From the NCBI GenBank assembly GCA_040384445.1, contig JAZKJG010000001.1, positions 135,650 through 199,649 on the forward strand: a stretch of 64,000 nucleotides of DNA. The letters are read 5' to 3'. Within the stretch, counting starts at the first letter, position 1. The number at the start of each line of letters is the position of its first letter. The stretch comes from Patescibacteria group bacterium (GTDB lineage Bacteria > Patescibacteriota > Minisyncoccia > Phycocordibacterales > CAIZLB01). Below, piece by piece: positions 1-9,675 of this stretch. The position numbers and the translations under genes are program-made. The notes under the pieces are model-generated. The model was not told the DNA's origin and searched no databases. It saw nothing but the letters and a program-made list of their open reading frames with translations.

Positions 1-125
1 ACAAACATATTCAAAAACACTAGGAGATCCAAATGTATCTCTCGTGGAGTACAAACATGTTATGATTATAGACACAACAACGTACGCAATTTACGCGCAA
101 TCAGTTTTAAGTAAATAGAACCTAT

Positions 126-992
126 ATGATTACAAAAGAGAAACAAGAACACATTCAACAAAAAGCTCACGATATTCGAGTTTCTATTATTGAAATGCTT
201 GCCAAGGCAAAATCAGGACATCCTGGTGGACCGCTAGGAATGGCTGATATTTTTGCAACGTTATATTTTCATATTTTACATCACGAACCATCAAACCCTT
301 TTCTTGCAAACAGAGATAGACTTGTACTTTCAAATGGACATATTTGTCCAGTACTCTATGCGTCAATGGCCCATGCTGGATATTTTTCTCTAGATACATT
401 GATGACGCTTCGGCAGTTTAAGTCAGTACTCCAAGGACACCCTCATCGAGAATTTTTGCCATCTCTTGAAACAAGTTCAGGTCCACTTGGATCAGGATTG
501 TCTCAGGCTGTAGGTATGGCAATTGCAGACAAAAGGGATTTTGGTTCAGCATACCCACGATATATTTATTGCATGCTTTCAGATGGAGAGCATAACGAAG
601 GTCAAATCTGGGAGGCTGCACTCTTGGCACCACGAGAAAAATTAGGAAACCTTATTGTGTTTGTTGATAGAAACTATATTCAAATTGATGGAAATACAGA
701 AGATATTATGCCCCTTGATCCGCTTGATAAAAAGTACGAAGCGTTTAACTGGCACGTGCAAAACATTGATGGACACAACATCAAAGCCATTGCGCACGCT
801 GTAGAACAAGCAAAAGCTCACACAGAAAAACCATCTATTATTATTGCACGAACAATTCCAGGAAAAGGAGTGCATTATATGGAAGGAAGATATGAATGGC
901 ATGGAACGCCACCAGGTATTTCAAATGTAGCTGGTGCACCAGAGAAAGAAGAGCAAGTTGAAGTAGCACTTGACGATTTACGACATGAATAA
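126..992 (+). CDS. transketolase, N-terminal (thiamine-diphosphate-binding) subunit of a split transketolase
   Basis: 288-aa ORF with transketolase N-terminal TPP-binding signatures (GHPGGPLGMADI, SNGH, conserved block through DGEHNEGQIWEAA). Length fits a split-type N subunit. The 3' end overlaps scpA by 23 nt. Confidence 0.8.
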   Translation: MITKEKQEHIQQKAHDIRVSIIEMLAKAKSGHPGGPLGMADIFATLYFHILHHEPSNPFLANRDRLVLSNGHICPVLYASMAHAGYFSLDTLMTLRQFKSVLQGHPHREFLPSLETSSGPLGSGLSQAVGMAIADKRDFGSAYPRYIYCMLSDGEHNEGQIWEAALLAPREKLGNLIVFVDRNYIQIDGNTEDIMPLDPLDKKYEAFNWHVQNIDGHNIKAIAHAVEQAKAHTEKPSIIIARTIPGKGVHYMEGRYEWHGTPPGISNVAGAPEKEEQVEVALDDLRHE

Positions 993-1746
993 TTCTTATA
1001 TTGTTAAAACAGAACATTTTGAAGGTCCTCTCGATGTTCTTTTAACATTGATAGAAAAAAGGAAATTACTCATCAATCAGGTCTCGCTTGCAACTGTGAC
1101 TGAAGAATTTATGCGGCATATTGAAAGTTTACATGCCCCAGAGTTTATAAAAGAAAAAACTAGTTTTGTTGTAGTTGCGTCAGTTTTGTTGCTTATTAAA
1201 GCCAGATCGCTTCTGCCGACACTTACCGTTACAGAAGAGGAAACTGAAGATATTGTAGATCTTGAACGAAGACTAAAAACATTAGAGTTTATTCGTTCTA
1301 TCAGCAAACAAATTGAAGCAAAGTATGGAAAGAAAATAATTTACAACCAAGGGAATTTTAAAAGAGATTTTTGTATTTTTGCGCCATCAAACGATATTTC
1401 TATTTCAAATATACATGAAGCCGTAGGGAGGGTGATGCATAAACTTCCAAAACCTGAAAAGAAAATACCTGAGGTAAAGATTCGAACAGTTGTAAGTATA
1501 GAAGAAATGATGCAAACTCTCACAACTCGTATTCAGAAGGCAATTTCGACGACTTTTACACAATTTACAAAAGCAAATGCATCTGGAGGAGATGTGAAAG
1601 AAGTGAAACAAAATGTTGTAGTGAGTTTTCTTGCACTCCTTGAACTCGTAAAACAAAACACAATTTTTGTTGAGCAAACTCAAATGTTTGCTGAGATTGA
1701 TATTAAAAGTGTTGAACATACAGGGGTAGGAACACCTGTGTTATAA
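970..1746 (+). CDS. scpA: segregation and condensation protein A (kleisin)
   Basis: 258 aa. N-terminal FEGPLDVLLTLIEKRKL motif is typical of ScpA. Followed directly by scpB. Confidence 0.8.
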   Translation: MTIYDMNNSYIVKTEHFEGPLDVLLTLIEKRKLLINQVSLATVTEEFMRHIESLHAPEFIKEKTSFVVVASVLLLIKARSLLPTLTVTEEETEDIVDLERRLKTLEFIRSISKQIEAKYGKKIIYNQGNFKRDFCIFAPSNDISISNIHEAVGRVMHKLPKPEKKIPEVKIRTVVSIEEMMQTLTTRIQKAISTTFTQFTKANASGGDVKEVKQNVVVSFLALLELVKQNTIFVEQTQMFAEIDIKSVEHTGVGTPVL

Positions 1747-1755
1747 TACAACTAT

Positions 1756-2286
1756 ATGACAGAACAAAAGCTAGAAGCGTATTTATTTTTTAAAGGGGAG
1801 CCTGTGACAATTAAAGAAATTGCACGAGATTTGAAAATTTCTCAAGAAGAGGTTACTGAAGCATTACAGATACTTGAAGAAGATCACTCTAAGGCAAAAA
1901 GAGGGGTTGTAATCGTGCAATATGACGGAGTTGTAACACTTGGAACGCACCCTGACACAAGTGAGATTATTACAGCGCTTACTAAAGAAGAATTACAAAG
2001 AGATCTTGGAAAATCAGCTCTCGAGACATTAACAATTATTTTATACCAAGGACCAATTACTCGAAGTAGAATCGATCATATTCGAGGGGTAAACTCTAAC
2101 TTTATTTTACGAAATCTTTTAATGAGAGGACTTGTGTCTCGAGTTCCAGATCCAACAGACGAGAGATCTTTCGTATACACACCCTCGCTTGATCTTCTGA
2201 CGCATCTTGGAATCACAAAAATTGAAGATTTACCTGATTTTGAACATGTGGGGACTACTCTCAAAAGTTTTGTTGAGGCAGAGTAG
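1756..2286 (+). CDS. scpB: segregation and condensation protein B
   Basis: 176 aa. ScpB-like winged-helix pattern (EPVTIKEIARDL..., ILYQGPITRSRIDHIRGVNS). Sits 10 nt after scpA. Confidence 0.75.
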   Translation: MTEQKLEAYLFFKGEPVTIKEIARDLKISQEEVTEALQILEEDHSKAKRGVVIVQYDGVVTLGTHPDTSEIITALTKEELQRDLGKSALETLTIILYQGPITRSRIDHIRGVNSNFILRNLLMRGLVSRVPDPTDERSFVYTPSLDLLTHLGITKIEDLPDFEHVGTTLKSFVEAE

Positions 2287-2309
2287 GGTGCTGTGCTACA
2301 ATATCAAGC

Positions 2310-3398
2310 ATGATTATCCTCAGTGCTCTTAAAGTGTTGATTCCAACACTTTGCTCATTCATTATAGGTATGTGCATTACTCCTTTTTTGAGTAGACACA
2401 TGTATATATATCGAATGTGGAAACGAAAGTCTCGAAGTGCTGAAAATACAGAAGCAATGTCTTTGGATTTTCAAAAAATTCATAACCATGCAGCTGAGGT
2501 GAATACTCCACGGGTTGGAGGGGTGGTTGTATGGCTTTCTGTTCTTGCAACGCTTATTCTTGCGTATCTTTCACAATTTGCAGCAATAGCTTTCATCGAC
2601 ACATCACATTTGATTACGTATGACATTTTAAATCGATTAAATTTCTTGTCACTTAATCAAACTGCACTTCTTGTGATAGCCTTCTTCGCTGGATCAATTT
2701 TTGGGCTTGTTGATGATTTACTTCAGATTTTTGGAAATGATTTTAAAATGAGTGATGGGATTTCTCGAACACTTCGAATGACTTTTGTAATTGTAGTGGC
2801 ATGCGTTGGGGCGTGGTGGTTTTACAGTAAACTCGGAATGGACTCAATACATATTCCATTTTATGGGGATTTCTATCTTGGATTTGGGTTTGTTTTCCTC
2901 TTTATTCTTGCAGTGGTTGGAACATTTTCAGGAGGGGTAATTGACGGAATTGATGGACTAGCTGCTGGGGTAATGATCGCAGCATTTGGATCGTACACAC
3001 TTATTGCGTTCTCACAGTCACAATATGATTTGGCTGCATTTGGTGGCGCAATTATGGGAGGATTAATGGCGTTCTTGTGGTTCAATGTGCCTCCGGCCAG
3101 ATTTTATCTTGGCGAAACTGGAATGCTCGGACTCAGTATGGTACTTGCAATGTTTGCATTCCTGACAAAAGAGGTTGTTGTGCTTTTGATTATTGCATTT
3201 CCACTTGTTGCAACATCATTGTCGTCATCAATCCAGATGTTTTCAAAGAAATATTTTCATAAAAAAATATTTAGAATTGCACCACTGCACCACCATTTTC
3301 AGGCAATCGGTTGGTCATCACCTAAAGTTACGATGCGATACTGGATTGTATCAGCGATTTGCGGAGTTACAGGAGTAATTGTTGCATTACTAGGATAA
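2310..3398 (+). CDS. mraY: phospho-N-acetylmuramoyl-pentapeptide transferase MraY
   Basis: 362 aa polytopic membrane protein. MraY/GT4 motifs: TPRVGG, LVDDL, VIDGIDGLAAG, NVPPARFYLGETG, PLHHHFQAIGWSSPKVTMRYWIV. Confidence 0.85.
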   Translation: MIILSALKVLIPTLCSFIIGMCITPFLSRHMYIYRMWKRKSRSAENTEAMSLDFQKIHNHAAEVNTPRVGGVVVWLSVLATLILAYLSQFAAIAFIDTSHLITYDILNRLNFLSLNQTALLVIAFFAGSIFGLVDDLLQIFGNDFKMSDGISRTLRMTFVIVVACVGAWWFYSKLGMDSIHIPFYGDFYLGFGFVFLFILAVVGTFSGGVIDGIDGLAAGVMIAAFGSYTLIAFSQSQYDLAAFGGAIMGGLMAFLWFNVPPARFYLGETGMLGLSMVLAMFAFLTKEVVVLLIIAFPLVATSLSSSIQMFSKKYFHKKIFRIAPLHHHFQAIGWSSPKVTMRYWIVSAICGVTGVIVALLG

Positions 3399-3399
3399 T

Positions 3400-4560
3400 A
3401 TGTTCAAAGATTTATTTAAAAGAAAGGCTAAAAAATCAAAAACACTTGCTCGAATGGAAGCAGGTGTGGATTTACCATTTGTAGTAATTACAGCGCTTCT
3501 TGTGGGTTGCGGATTGATTATTTTTTCTTCAGCAACACTTATGCTTATTGGAACCGTGAAGTATGATGCTGTACGGTTCAATCAATACGGGCTTGGATTT
3601 ATCGGAGGTCTCATTCTGTTATATGGAGCCTACAAAATACCTCTTGTATATTGGAGGAAGCTTTCGTTTTATATGTACATAGGTGCAGTACTTCTTATGA
3701 TCGGAGTATTTATTCCAGGACTTGGAGTATTTCACGGTGGGGCGCATAGATGGGTTCGGTTTGCCGGATTTCAATTTCAGCCTGCTGAAATATATAAAAT
3801 TAGTGCGGTACTGTATATGAGTATGTGGTTTGTTCGAGATTTTGGAAAAAAAATTACAACAAAAGAAAATTTTCACAGAAGAACAATTCCACTTCTGGTT
3901 GTCATGGGGATCACTGCAATACTGCTATTGTTACAGCCTGACACTGATACATTTTTAGTTACAATTGTCTCTCTTGTGACAATTTATATTGTTGCCGGAG
4001 GACATATGAAAGATGTATTTTTACTTGGATTGATTGGAGTTCTTGGGCTTGGAGTTATTATCATGAGTCGTCCATATGTATTAAAAAGATTTCAAACATT
4101 TATGAATCCAAGTCTTGATCCAACAGGAAGTGGGTATCAAGTGCAACAATCACTTATTGCTATAGGAACTGGTGGAGTGTTTGGTCGAGGGTATGGTCAG
4201 AGTATTCAGAAATTTAAATATTTACCAGAACCTATTGGTGACTCAATTTTTGCGGTTGCATCAGAGGAATTTGGTTTTACTGGAGTATTTCTTTTAATTT
4301 CCCTTTATATTGCTTTTGCGTTGCGTTCACTTCGACTTGCTACAAAGTCTTCTTCGTACGGATCTTTAGTTATTGTCGGGTTGACGTCGCTTATTGTGAT
4401 TCAATCATTTTTAAATATGGCAGCCATGCTCGGTCTCATACCGCTCTCAGGAACGCCACTTATCTTCGTAAGTCATGGAGGAACTGCACTATTGATGTCT
4501 CTATTTGCCATTGGAATCATGCTCTCGGCCTCTCGTGAGAGAAAAGTTGGTGTGCAGTAG
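3400..4560 (+). CDS. ftsW: SEDS-family peptidoglycan glycosyltransferase (FtsW/RodA), likely FtsW from context
   Basis: 386 aa with about 10 TM segments. SEDS signatures PDTDTFLV, GSGYQVQQSLIAIGTGGVFGRGYGQS, PEPIGDSIFAV. Lies between mraY and murG. Confidence 0.8.
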   Translation: MFKDLFKRKAKKSKTLARMEAGVDLPFVVITALLVGCGLIIFSSATLMLIGTVKYDAVRFNQYGLGFIGGLILLYGAYKIPLVYWRKLSFYMYIGAVLLMIGVFIPGLGVFHGGAHRWVRFAGFQFQPAEIYKISAVLYMSMWFVRDFGKKITTKENFHRRTIPLLVVMGITAILLLLQPDTDTFLVTIVSLVTIYIVAGGHMKDVFLLGLIGVLGLGVIIMSRPYVLKRFQTFMNPSLDPTGSGYQVQQSLIAIGTGGVFGRGYGQSIQKFKYLPEPIGDSIFAVASEEFGFTGVFLLISLYIAFALRSLRLATKSSSYGSLVIVGLTSLIVIQSFLNMAAMLGLIPLSGTPLIFVSHGGTALLMSLFAIGIMLSASRERKVGVQ

Positions 4561-4583
4561 ACAAGAGTGATATACTCGTATAC

Positions 4584-5723
4584 ATGAAAATCGTTATTAC
4601 CGGTGGTGGTTCAGGCGGACATTTTTATCCTTTGATGGCTGTTGCAGACGCTATTCTTCAGCAAGCACGAGAGCAAACCTTGGTAGAGCCTCGGTTGTAT
4701 TATATTGGACCAGATGAATATAATCCTAAAGAATTGTTTGAACGTGGCATTCAGTTTATCCGTGTACCAGCAGGTAAAAGAAGAGTTAATCCTTCAGGAG
4801 TGGCGATCATTAACAATTTTATTGACCTTTTTAAGATGGGTATAGGATGTGTGGTGGCTCTCGTGAAAATGTTTACTCTATTTCCTGATGTTGTATTTGC
4901 TAAAGGTGGATATGCAAGTTTCCCAACACTTCTGGCAGCAAAGATTTTAGGTATTCCTGTAATTATTCATGAATCAGATTCTGTTCCAGGAAGAGTAAAT
5001 GCATGGGCCGCAAAATTTGCAAAACGAGTTGCTGTTTCATTTAAAGAATCAGCAGAATATTTCGATGCAAAAAAAACTGCATTCACGGGTAACCCTGTTC
5101 GAAAAGAAATTTCAAATCCACTTCAGACTGGTGCGTTGGAATATCTTGAGCTAGATAAAGATTTACCTGTAATCACTGTACTTGGAGGTTCGCAAGGGTC
5201 AAAACGTATTAATGATTTGATGATGAGGACTATTCCTGAACTTACAAAGAAATATCAAATTATTCATCAAACAGGAAAGTCACACTTTGAAATTGTGTCA
5301 GGTATGAGTAAGTTGGCTCTCGATGGTGCAACACATCCTGAAAGATATAAGCCGATCGGATACTTATCAACAATGGTTATTCGAATGGTTGCAGGTGTTT
5401 CAAATATTATTATTACAAGAGCAGGTTCTGGAATTTTCGAAATTGCTGTATGGGGGGTACCAAGTATTTTAATACCGATCACTGATTCTCATGGGGATCA
5501 CCAGAGAAAAAATGCATACAACTACGCAAGAACAGGAGCAGGGGTTGTAATTGAAGAAGCAAACCTTACTCCACAGATTTTAATACATGAAATTGAGACT
5601 ATAATTCAGAACCAAACGCTTAGAGATCAGATGTCTGCAGCAGCTAAAGAGTTTGCTCGAACAGATGCTGCTGATGTGATTGCAAAGGAGGTAATTAACC
5701 TTGCATTGAAGCATGAAGTGTAG
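4584..5723 (+). CDS. murG: undecaprenyldiphospho-muramoylpentapeptide beta-N-acetylglucosaminyltransferase MurG
   Basis: 379 aa. N-terminal ITGGGSGGHFYPLMAVA glycine-rich motif and GT28 C-terminal region. Confidence 0.85.
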   Translation: MKIVITGGGSGGHFYPLMAVADAILQQAREQTLVEPRLYYIGPDEYNPKELFERGIQFIRVPAGKRRVNPSGVAIINNFIDLFKMGIGCVVALVKMFTLFPDVVFAKGGYASFPTLLAAKILGIPVIIHESDSVPGRVNAWAAKFAKRVAVSFKESAEYFDAKKTAFTGNPVRKEISNPLQTGALEYLELDKDLPVITVLGGSQGSKRINDLMMRTIPELTKKYQIIHQTGKSHFEIVSGMSKLALDGATHPERYKPIGYLSTMVIRMVAGVSNIIITRAGSGIFEIAVWGVPSILIPITDSHGDHQRKNAYNYARTGAGVVIEEANLTPQILIHEIETIIQNQTLRDQMSAAAKEFARTDAADVIAKEVINLALKHEV

Positions 5724-5799
5724 GGCTTGCATTTAAGTTTGATATAGTATATAGTACATATGTGGTTGTCAAAGACGCAAGTCTGCGATAACCACACTG

Positions 5800-5827
5800 A
5801 AAAAACTCACAGCAATGTGAGTTTTTT
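5800..5827. terminator. intrinsic terminator hairpin between convergent murG and cysS (bidirectional)
   Basis: Perfect inverted repeat aaaaaactcaca-gcaa-tgtgagtttttt, with an A-run on one side and a T-run on the other. A second hairpin (gtggtt...aaccac) lies at 5762..5796. Confidence 0.6.
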
Positions 5828-5833
5828 CACGTA

Positions 5834-7225
5834 TTAGTCTATAACCTCAAACCCTGCATCTTTAATCTCTTCTCTAAGTCTGTCAGCCTCTGTCCAGTCC
5901 TTCTTATTTCGAGCTATTGTTCGAGCAGCAAAGAGGGCCTGAATCTCTGCAGGAATTTCTCGTACTATATCTGCAGTTAGTGCGTCAACCAATTTTAATC
6001 CTAAGATTGCATCAGTTTTTGTAATAAAAGTTTCAAAGTCTTTTTTCGATAGGCTTGATACTGTAGTCTCATTTTTCAATGTGTCCCATAGAAAGGCCAG
6101 TACTTGTGCTGTATTTAAATCATCAGTAATTCTTTCTGTCAATCCTATTGTCAATATCTCAAGTATTTTGTCGTCCGTTCCATCTGCTAACCCTGCCCAA
6201 ATAGCTTTAATTCGCCCTAGGAGACGAGAATATGCAGTTTGTGCACTCAACAAGCTTTCCTCATCAAACATGGTTTCTTGGCGATATTTTGACTGTAAAA
6301 GGAAATATCTAAAACCAAGTGGAGTAATGCCTTTTTCTGATAGATCAGAGAGTTTTATAAAGCTCCCATCTGACTTACTCATTTTTTTATCCTTCCAATT
6401 TAAGAACGCACCATGCATCCAGATGTTTGAAAGTGGCTTATGAGAAACACACTCACTTTGAGCAATTTCATTGTTGTGATGTACAGGGATATGATCAATT
6501 CCTCCAGTGTGAATATCCAACGTTTCCCCTAATAGTTTCTGCGACATTGCCGAACATTCAATATGCCATCCAGGAAATCCAACGCCCCACGGTGACTCCC
6601 ATTCTTGTTGACGTTTTTCACCAGCAGGTGAAAATTTCCAAAGAGCAAAATCATATGGAGAATATTTCTCATCACTGAGCTCAACCCGTTTACCAGCCTC
6701 CAGTCCTTTTAAATCAATATTGCCAAGCTTTCCATACTCTTCAAACGTTTGAACATCAAAATACATTCCTTCTGATGTTTTATACACATGCCCATTTGCT
6801 TCGAGTTTTTTAATTAAATCAATCTGCTCCTGTATGTATTCTGTTGCTTTAGGAAATTGAGTACCAGTTGTTACGATATTAAGATCTCGTAAATTTTCCA
6901 TAAAGATCTGTGTAAAATACTCTGAAATTTCTTTCGCCGTTTTTCCTTCTCGAGCCGCAGCTTTCTCAATCTTATCTTCACCTGTATCTGCATCAGAAAC
7001 AAGGTGTCCTACATCAGTAATATTAATAACTTGCTTCACATCATATCCTAAAAATTCACACGTTCGTCTAACTGTATCAGCAAACACATATGATCGGAGA
7101 TTTCCAATATGTGGGTAATCATATACGGTTGGGCCGCAATGATACATCCGAACAGTATTGTCTTTCGGTTCGAGTGCTTTAATTTCTTTAGAGAGAGTGT
7201 CGTAGAGTTTGAGAATGTGAGTCAT
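5834..7225 (-). CDS. cysS: cysteine--tRNA ligase
   Basis: 463 aa class I aaRS. HIGN (YPHIGNLRSY) and KMSKS motifs. CGPTVYD N-terminus typical of CysRS. Confidence 0.9.
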   Translation of the reverse strand: MTHILKLYDTLSKEIKALEPKDNTVRMYHCGPTVYDYPHIGNLRSYVFADTVRRTCEFLGYDVKQVINITDVGHLVSDADTGEDKIEKAAAREGKTAKEISEYFTQIFMENLRDLNIVTTGTQFPKATEYIQEQIDLIKKLEANGHVYKTSEGMYFDVQTFEEYGKLGNIDLKGLEAGKRVELSDEKYSPYDFALWKFSPAGEKRQQEWESPWGVGFPGWHIECSAMSQKLLGETLDIHTGGIDHIPVHHNNEIAQSECVSHKPLSNIWMHGAFLNWKDKKMSKSDGSFIKLSDLSEKGITPLGFRYFLLQSKYRQETMFDEESLLSAQTAYSRLLGRIKAIWAGLADGTDDKILEILTIGLTERITDDLNTAQVLAFLWDTLKNETTVSSLSKKDFETFITKTDAILGLKLVDALTADIVREIPAEIQALFAARTIARNKKDWTEADRLREEIKDAGFEVID

Positions 7226-7240
7226 AAGTAAGATTAGAGA

Positions 7241-8149
7241 TTATAGCCAACGTCGCATTTTGAAAAATGAAAGTAGAACACTTGAAAGGGCTACAAATCC
7301 CCCTAGAAGAATCCAAAATCCCATAGGATGTTGCACGATAGGCATATGGATCACATTCATTCCAAAAACCGCCGCTAAAAAGTTAATAGGTAAAAATACA
7401 AAAGTAAGTATTGTAAATGTTTGAATCAATCTGTTTTGTCGTGCATTGATCAGTGTACTTTGTGTATCTCGAAGCTCGTGAATGTATGCTCCAAGTTTAT
7501 CAAGTTTTATGGTCAATCTATGCAGTTCTCCTCGTAACTTTGTCCAAACTCGAGGGTTACTTTTCTTTGTCAGACCATGTTTTTGTTCTTGTTCATACAT
7601 TGATTCGATAATATCTCCATGTGCTGCAATAGGGAAATCAATAGCAAGATATGCCCGGTGGATGTCTGAAATTGTTTCAATATGTTCTTTGTCTGTAAAG
7701 ATTTTCTCTCGAAGTTCTTTTACATGCAGTACAAGTGCATCAACATCACTATGTTTTGTCTTGTAAATGTGAGTAATCAAGTGCCACCATAGTTCAGCAG
7801 CTGTACTTTCAGGATTATGTGACATAGCGTACTCGACATCGATGTTTAATATATCAAGTGGGCTATAGCAAATTGTGATAATTGTATTATCTCGAATCAA
7901 GACATCGACTTCTTCCTCAACATAATGAAGCGTGGCAGGATCAGTTTTTTTGTGAACTGGTATATGGAAAACTGCATAAGTTGTCCCTTGAATATCCATA
8001 CATACAGGTTGCGGAGTAGGGGTCTGTAGTTCTTCTAAGTATTCGTCACCAATATTCATCTCGTGCATTATAGTTTGAATCTCAGCTTTACTTGGAGAGA
8101 TGGCAATTTTCCATGTAGTACCAACCGCATTTGTATGTGTTGTGATCAT
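7241..8149 (-). CDS. corA: magnesium/cobalt transporter CorA
   Basis: 302 aa. Two C-terminal TM helices with the signature GMN motif (AAVFGMNV). Confidence 0.85.
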   Translation of the reverse strand: MITTHTNAVGTTWKIAISPSKAEIQTIMHEMNIGDEYLEELQTPTPQPVCMDIQGTTYAVFHIPVHKKTDPATLHYVEEEVDVLIRDNTIITICYSPLDILNIDVEYAMSHNPESTAAELWWHLITHIYKTKHSDVDALVLHVKELREKIFTDKEHIETISDIHRAYLAIDFPIAAHGDIIESMYEQEQKHGLTKKSNPRVWTKLRGELHRLTIKLDKLGAYIHELRDTQSTLINARQNRLIQTFTILTFVFLPINFLAAVFGMNVIHMPIVQHPMGFWILLGGFVALSSVLLSFFKMRRWL

Positions 8150-8173
8150 AATGTATTAGAGTATATCACATAT

Positions 8174-9052
8174 ATGTGGTATGATGTGCATATTATGCTT
8201 AAAACAACGTTTACATCTTATAAAGAACGATTTAAAGAGTTTATGGGAATTTTGAAGCCGGTGATTATTATAGAAATTATACTTTTAGTATTAGCGATAG
8301 TCTCAGGTCTATCTTCGGACAGAGAAATGTATGTGGGAATTGTGCTTGCATCACTTGGATTAATTATATTTGCAGTTATCGAATGGCTTATTTATGCATC
8401 TGCAGCATTTCGAACAATTCAAAAAAGAGAATTAGGTGAGGCAATTACAATTCATCAGGCTATTGCCTTTCAAAAAACAGACAAGTGGAATTTTGCTGTT
8501 CTTAGTTTCTGGGCAATGTTATATACACTGGCGTACTTAATCTTATCTGGAGCACCAATTGCCTTAGGGATAATTGGAGGCTTTGCGCTTATGGGCTTTG
8601 GCAAAATTGGACTTTTCGCAGGTACTCTTATTATGATTGGGGGATGTGCATGCGGATTATATCTCGCATACCAAAACATTCCTAAGATATTTTTCCCGCT
8701 CAATATCTATTTTGTAAAAGGCAAGGATCCAAGAGAATGTGTTGAAGAATCTGTTGAAATTGGTAAGGTGCATCGAAATACTATCTGGAAATTTATCGGG
8801 GGTATTGTAGTAATTAACTTAATTGCATTTGCGTTTGTCATCATTCCTGAATTCTTTAATCCACAAACTCTTTCTGAGGAAAATATTACAACAGGATTCG
8901 ATATTCTTAACATGACGCTCCAGGTTGTTGTCGGAATTTTGTTCGTGACTCCTATGACATACCTCTATATGTCTAAAGCATATGCAAAAATGCGAGCAGT
9001 TACAGAACCCGCTATACCGCATGTAGTCGTAACTCCAGAATCTGTACAATAA
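8174..9052 (+). CDS. polytopic membrane protein, unknown function
   Basis: The track ORF starts at 8063 and overlaps corA. The first non-overlapping ATG (MWYDVHIM) is at 8174. Multiple hydrophobic helices. Sits 2 nt before the next gene. Confidence 0.5.
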   Translation: MWYDVHIMLKTTFTSYKERFKEFMGILKPVIIIEIILLVLAIVSGLSSDREMYVGIVLASLGLIIFAVIEWLIYASAAFRTIQKRELGEAITIHQAIAFQKTDKWNFAVLSFWAMLYTLAYLILSGAPIALGIIGGFALMGFGKIGLFAGTLIMIGGCACGLYLAYQNIPKIFFPLNIYFVKGKDPRECVEESVEIGKVHRNTIWKFIGGIVVINLIAFAFVIIPEFFNPQTLSEENITTGFDILNMTLQVVVGILFVTPMTYLYMSKAYAKMRAVTEPAIPHVVVTPESVQ

Positions 9053-9054
9053 TT

Positions 9055-9663
9055 ATGTATATCAAAACCCTCAAAGTACTTGCATCACTCATTGTCGCAC
9101 TCCTTATTATCTTTGTGGTGTTTAGGGTTATTGTTGCTGTAACTCCACCTGCAAGCTCTATTTCAGTTGATCAGACTGCAGTTATTAAGGAAATTCAAGC
9201 ACTTAACAAGATTGAGACGGCTTCATTTACCATAGAAAAAATTATAGAAGGTGGAAGTGAGGGAAATGCATTTCAAAAAATTCTTTTTGGAGATAAAATT
9301 CTCTTGATCGCACATGGAAGTGTGGTTGCTGGATTTGATTTAAGTAAAATAAAAGCCGAAGATGTGACTGCAGAAGGAAAAAAACTGACTGTAAAATTGC
9401 CTGCACCTGAGATTTTATATAGTAGACTCGACAACAGTCAAACAAAAGTATATGACAGAAAGCTTGGATTGTTGACAAAAGGAAGTACGACACTTGAGGC
9501 GGATGCGAGACTTGCGGCGGAGCAATCAATTCGAGAAGCGGCGTGTGTGGGAGGTATTTTTGATCAGGCAGTTGTAAATGTAAAACAGCAACTCGCAATT
9601 TTGTTCTTAAGTCTAGGGTTTAGTGAAGTAGTGTTTGATATTCCAGGAGCGGTGTGTAAGTAG
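9055..9663 (+). CDS. DUF4230-like membrane-anchored protein
   Basis: 202 aa with an N-terminal TM helix and a soluble domain. The overall pattern resembles DUF4230, recalled from memory and not verified. Confidence 0.4.
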   Translation: MYIKTLKVLASLIVALLIIFVVFRVIVAVTPPASSISVDQTAVIKEIQALNKIETASFTIEKIIEGGSEGNAFQKILFGDKILLIAHGSVVAGFDLSKIKAEDVTAEGKKLTVKLPAPEILYSRLDNSQTKVYDRKLGLLTKGSTTLEADARLAAEQSIREAACVGGIFDQAVVNVKQQLAILFLSLGFSEVVFDIPGAVCK

Positions 9664-9675
9664 TATACTTATACT

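Noticed and set aside
187-902. Three minus-strand ORFs (187..399, 418..633, 642..902) inside the transketolase gene
   Set aside because: They are antisense to a well-supported CDS and have low-complexity, non-protein-like translations. They are AT-rich frame artefacts.
5762-5796. Second hairpin (gtggtt...aaccac) just upstream of the murG/cysS terminator
   Set aside because: There is no flanking U-run on either strand. It is probably just extra structure in the 3' UTR and is not called as a separate terminator.
8063-8173. 5' extension of the 8063..9052 ORF overlapping corA
   Set aside because: The extension is antisense to the CorA C-terminus and its translation (MHYSLNLSFTWRDGNFPCSTNRICMCCDHN) looks non-protein-like. 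The first ATG after corA (8174) was used.
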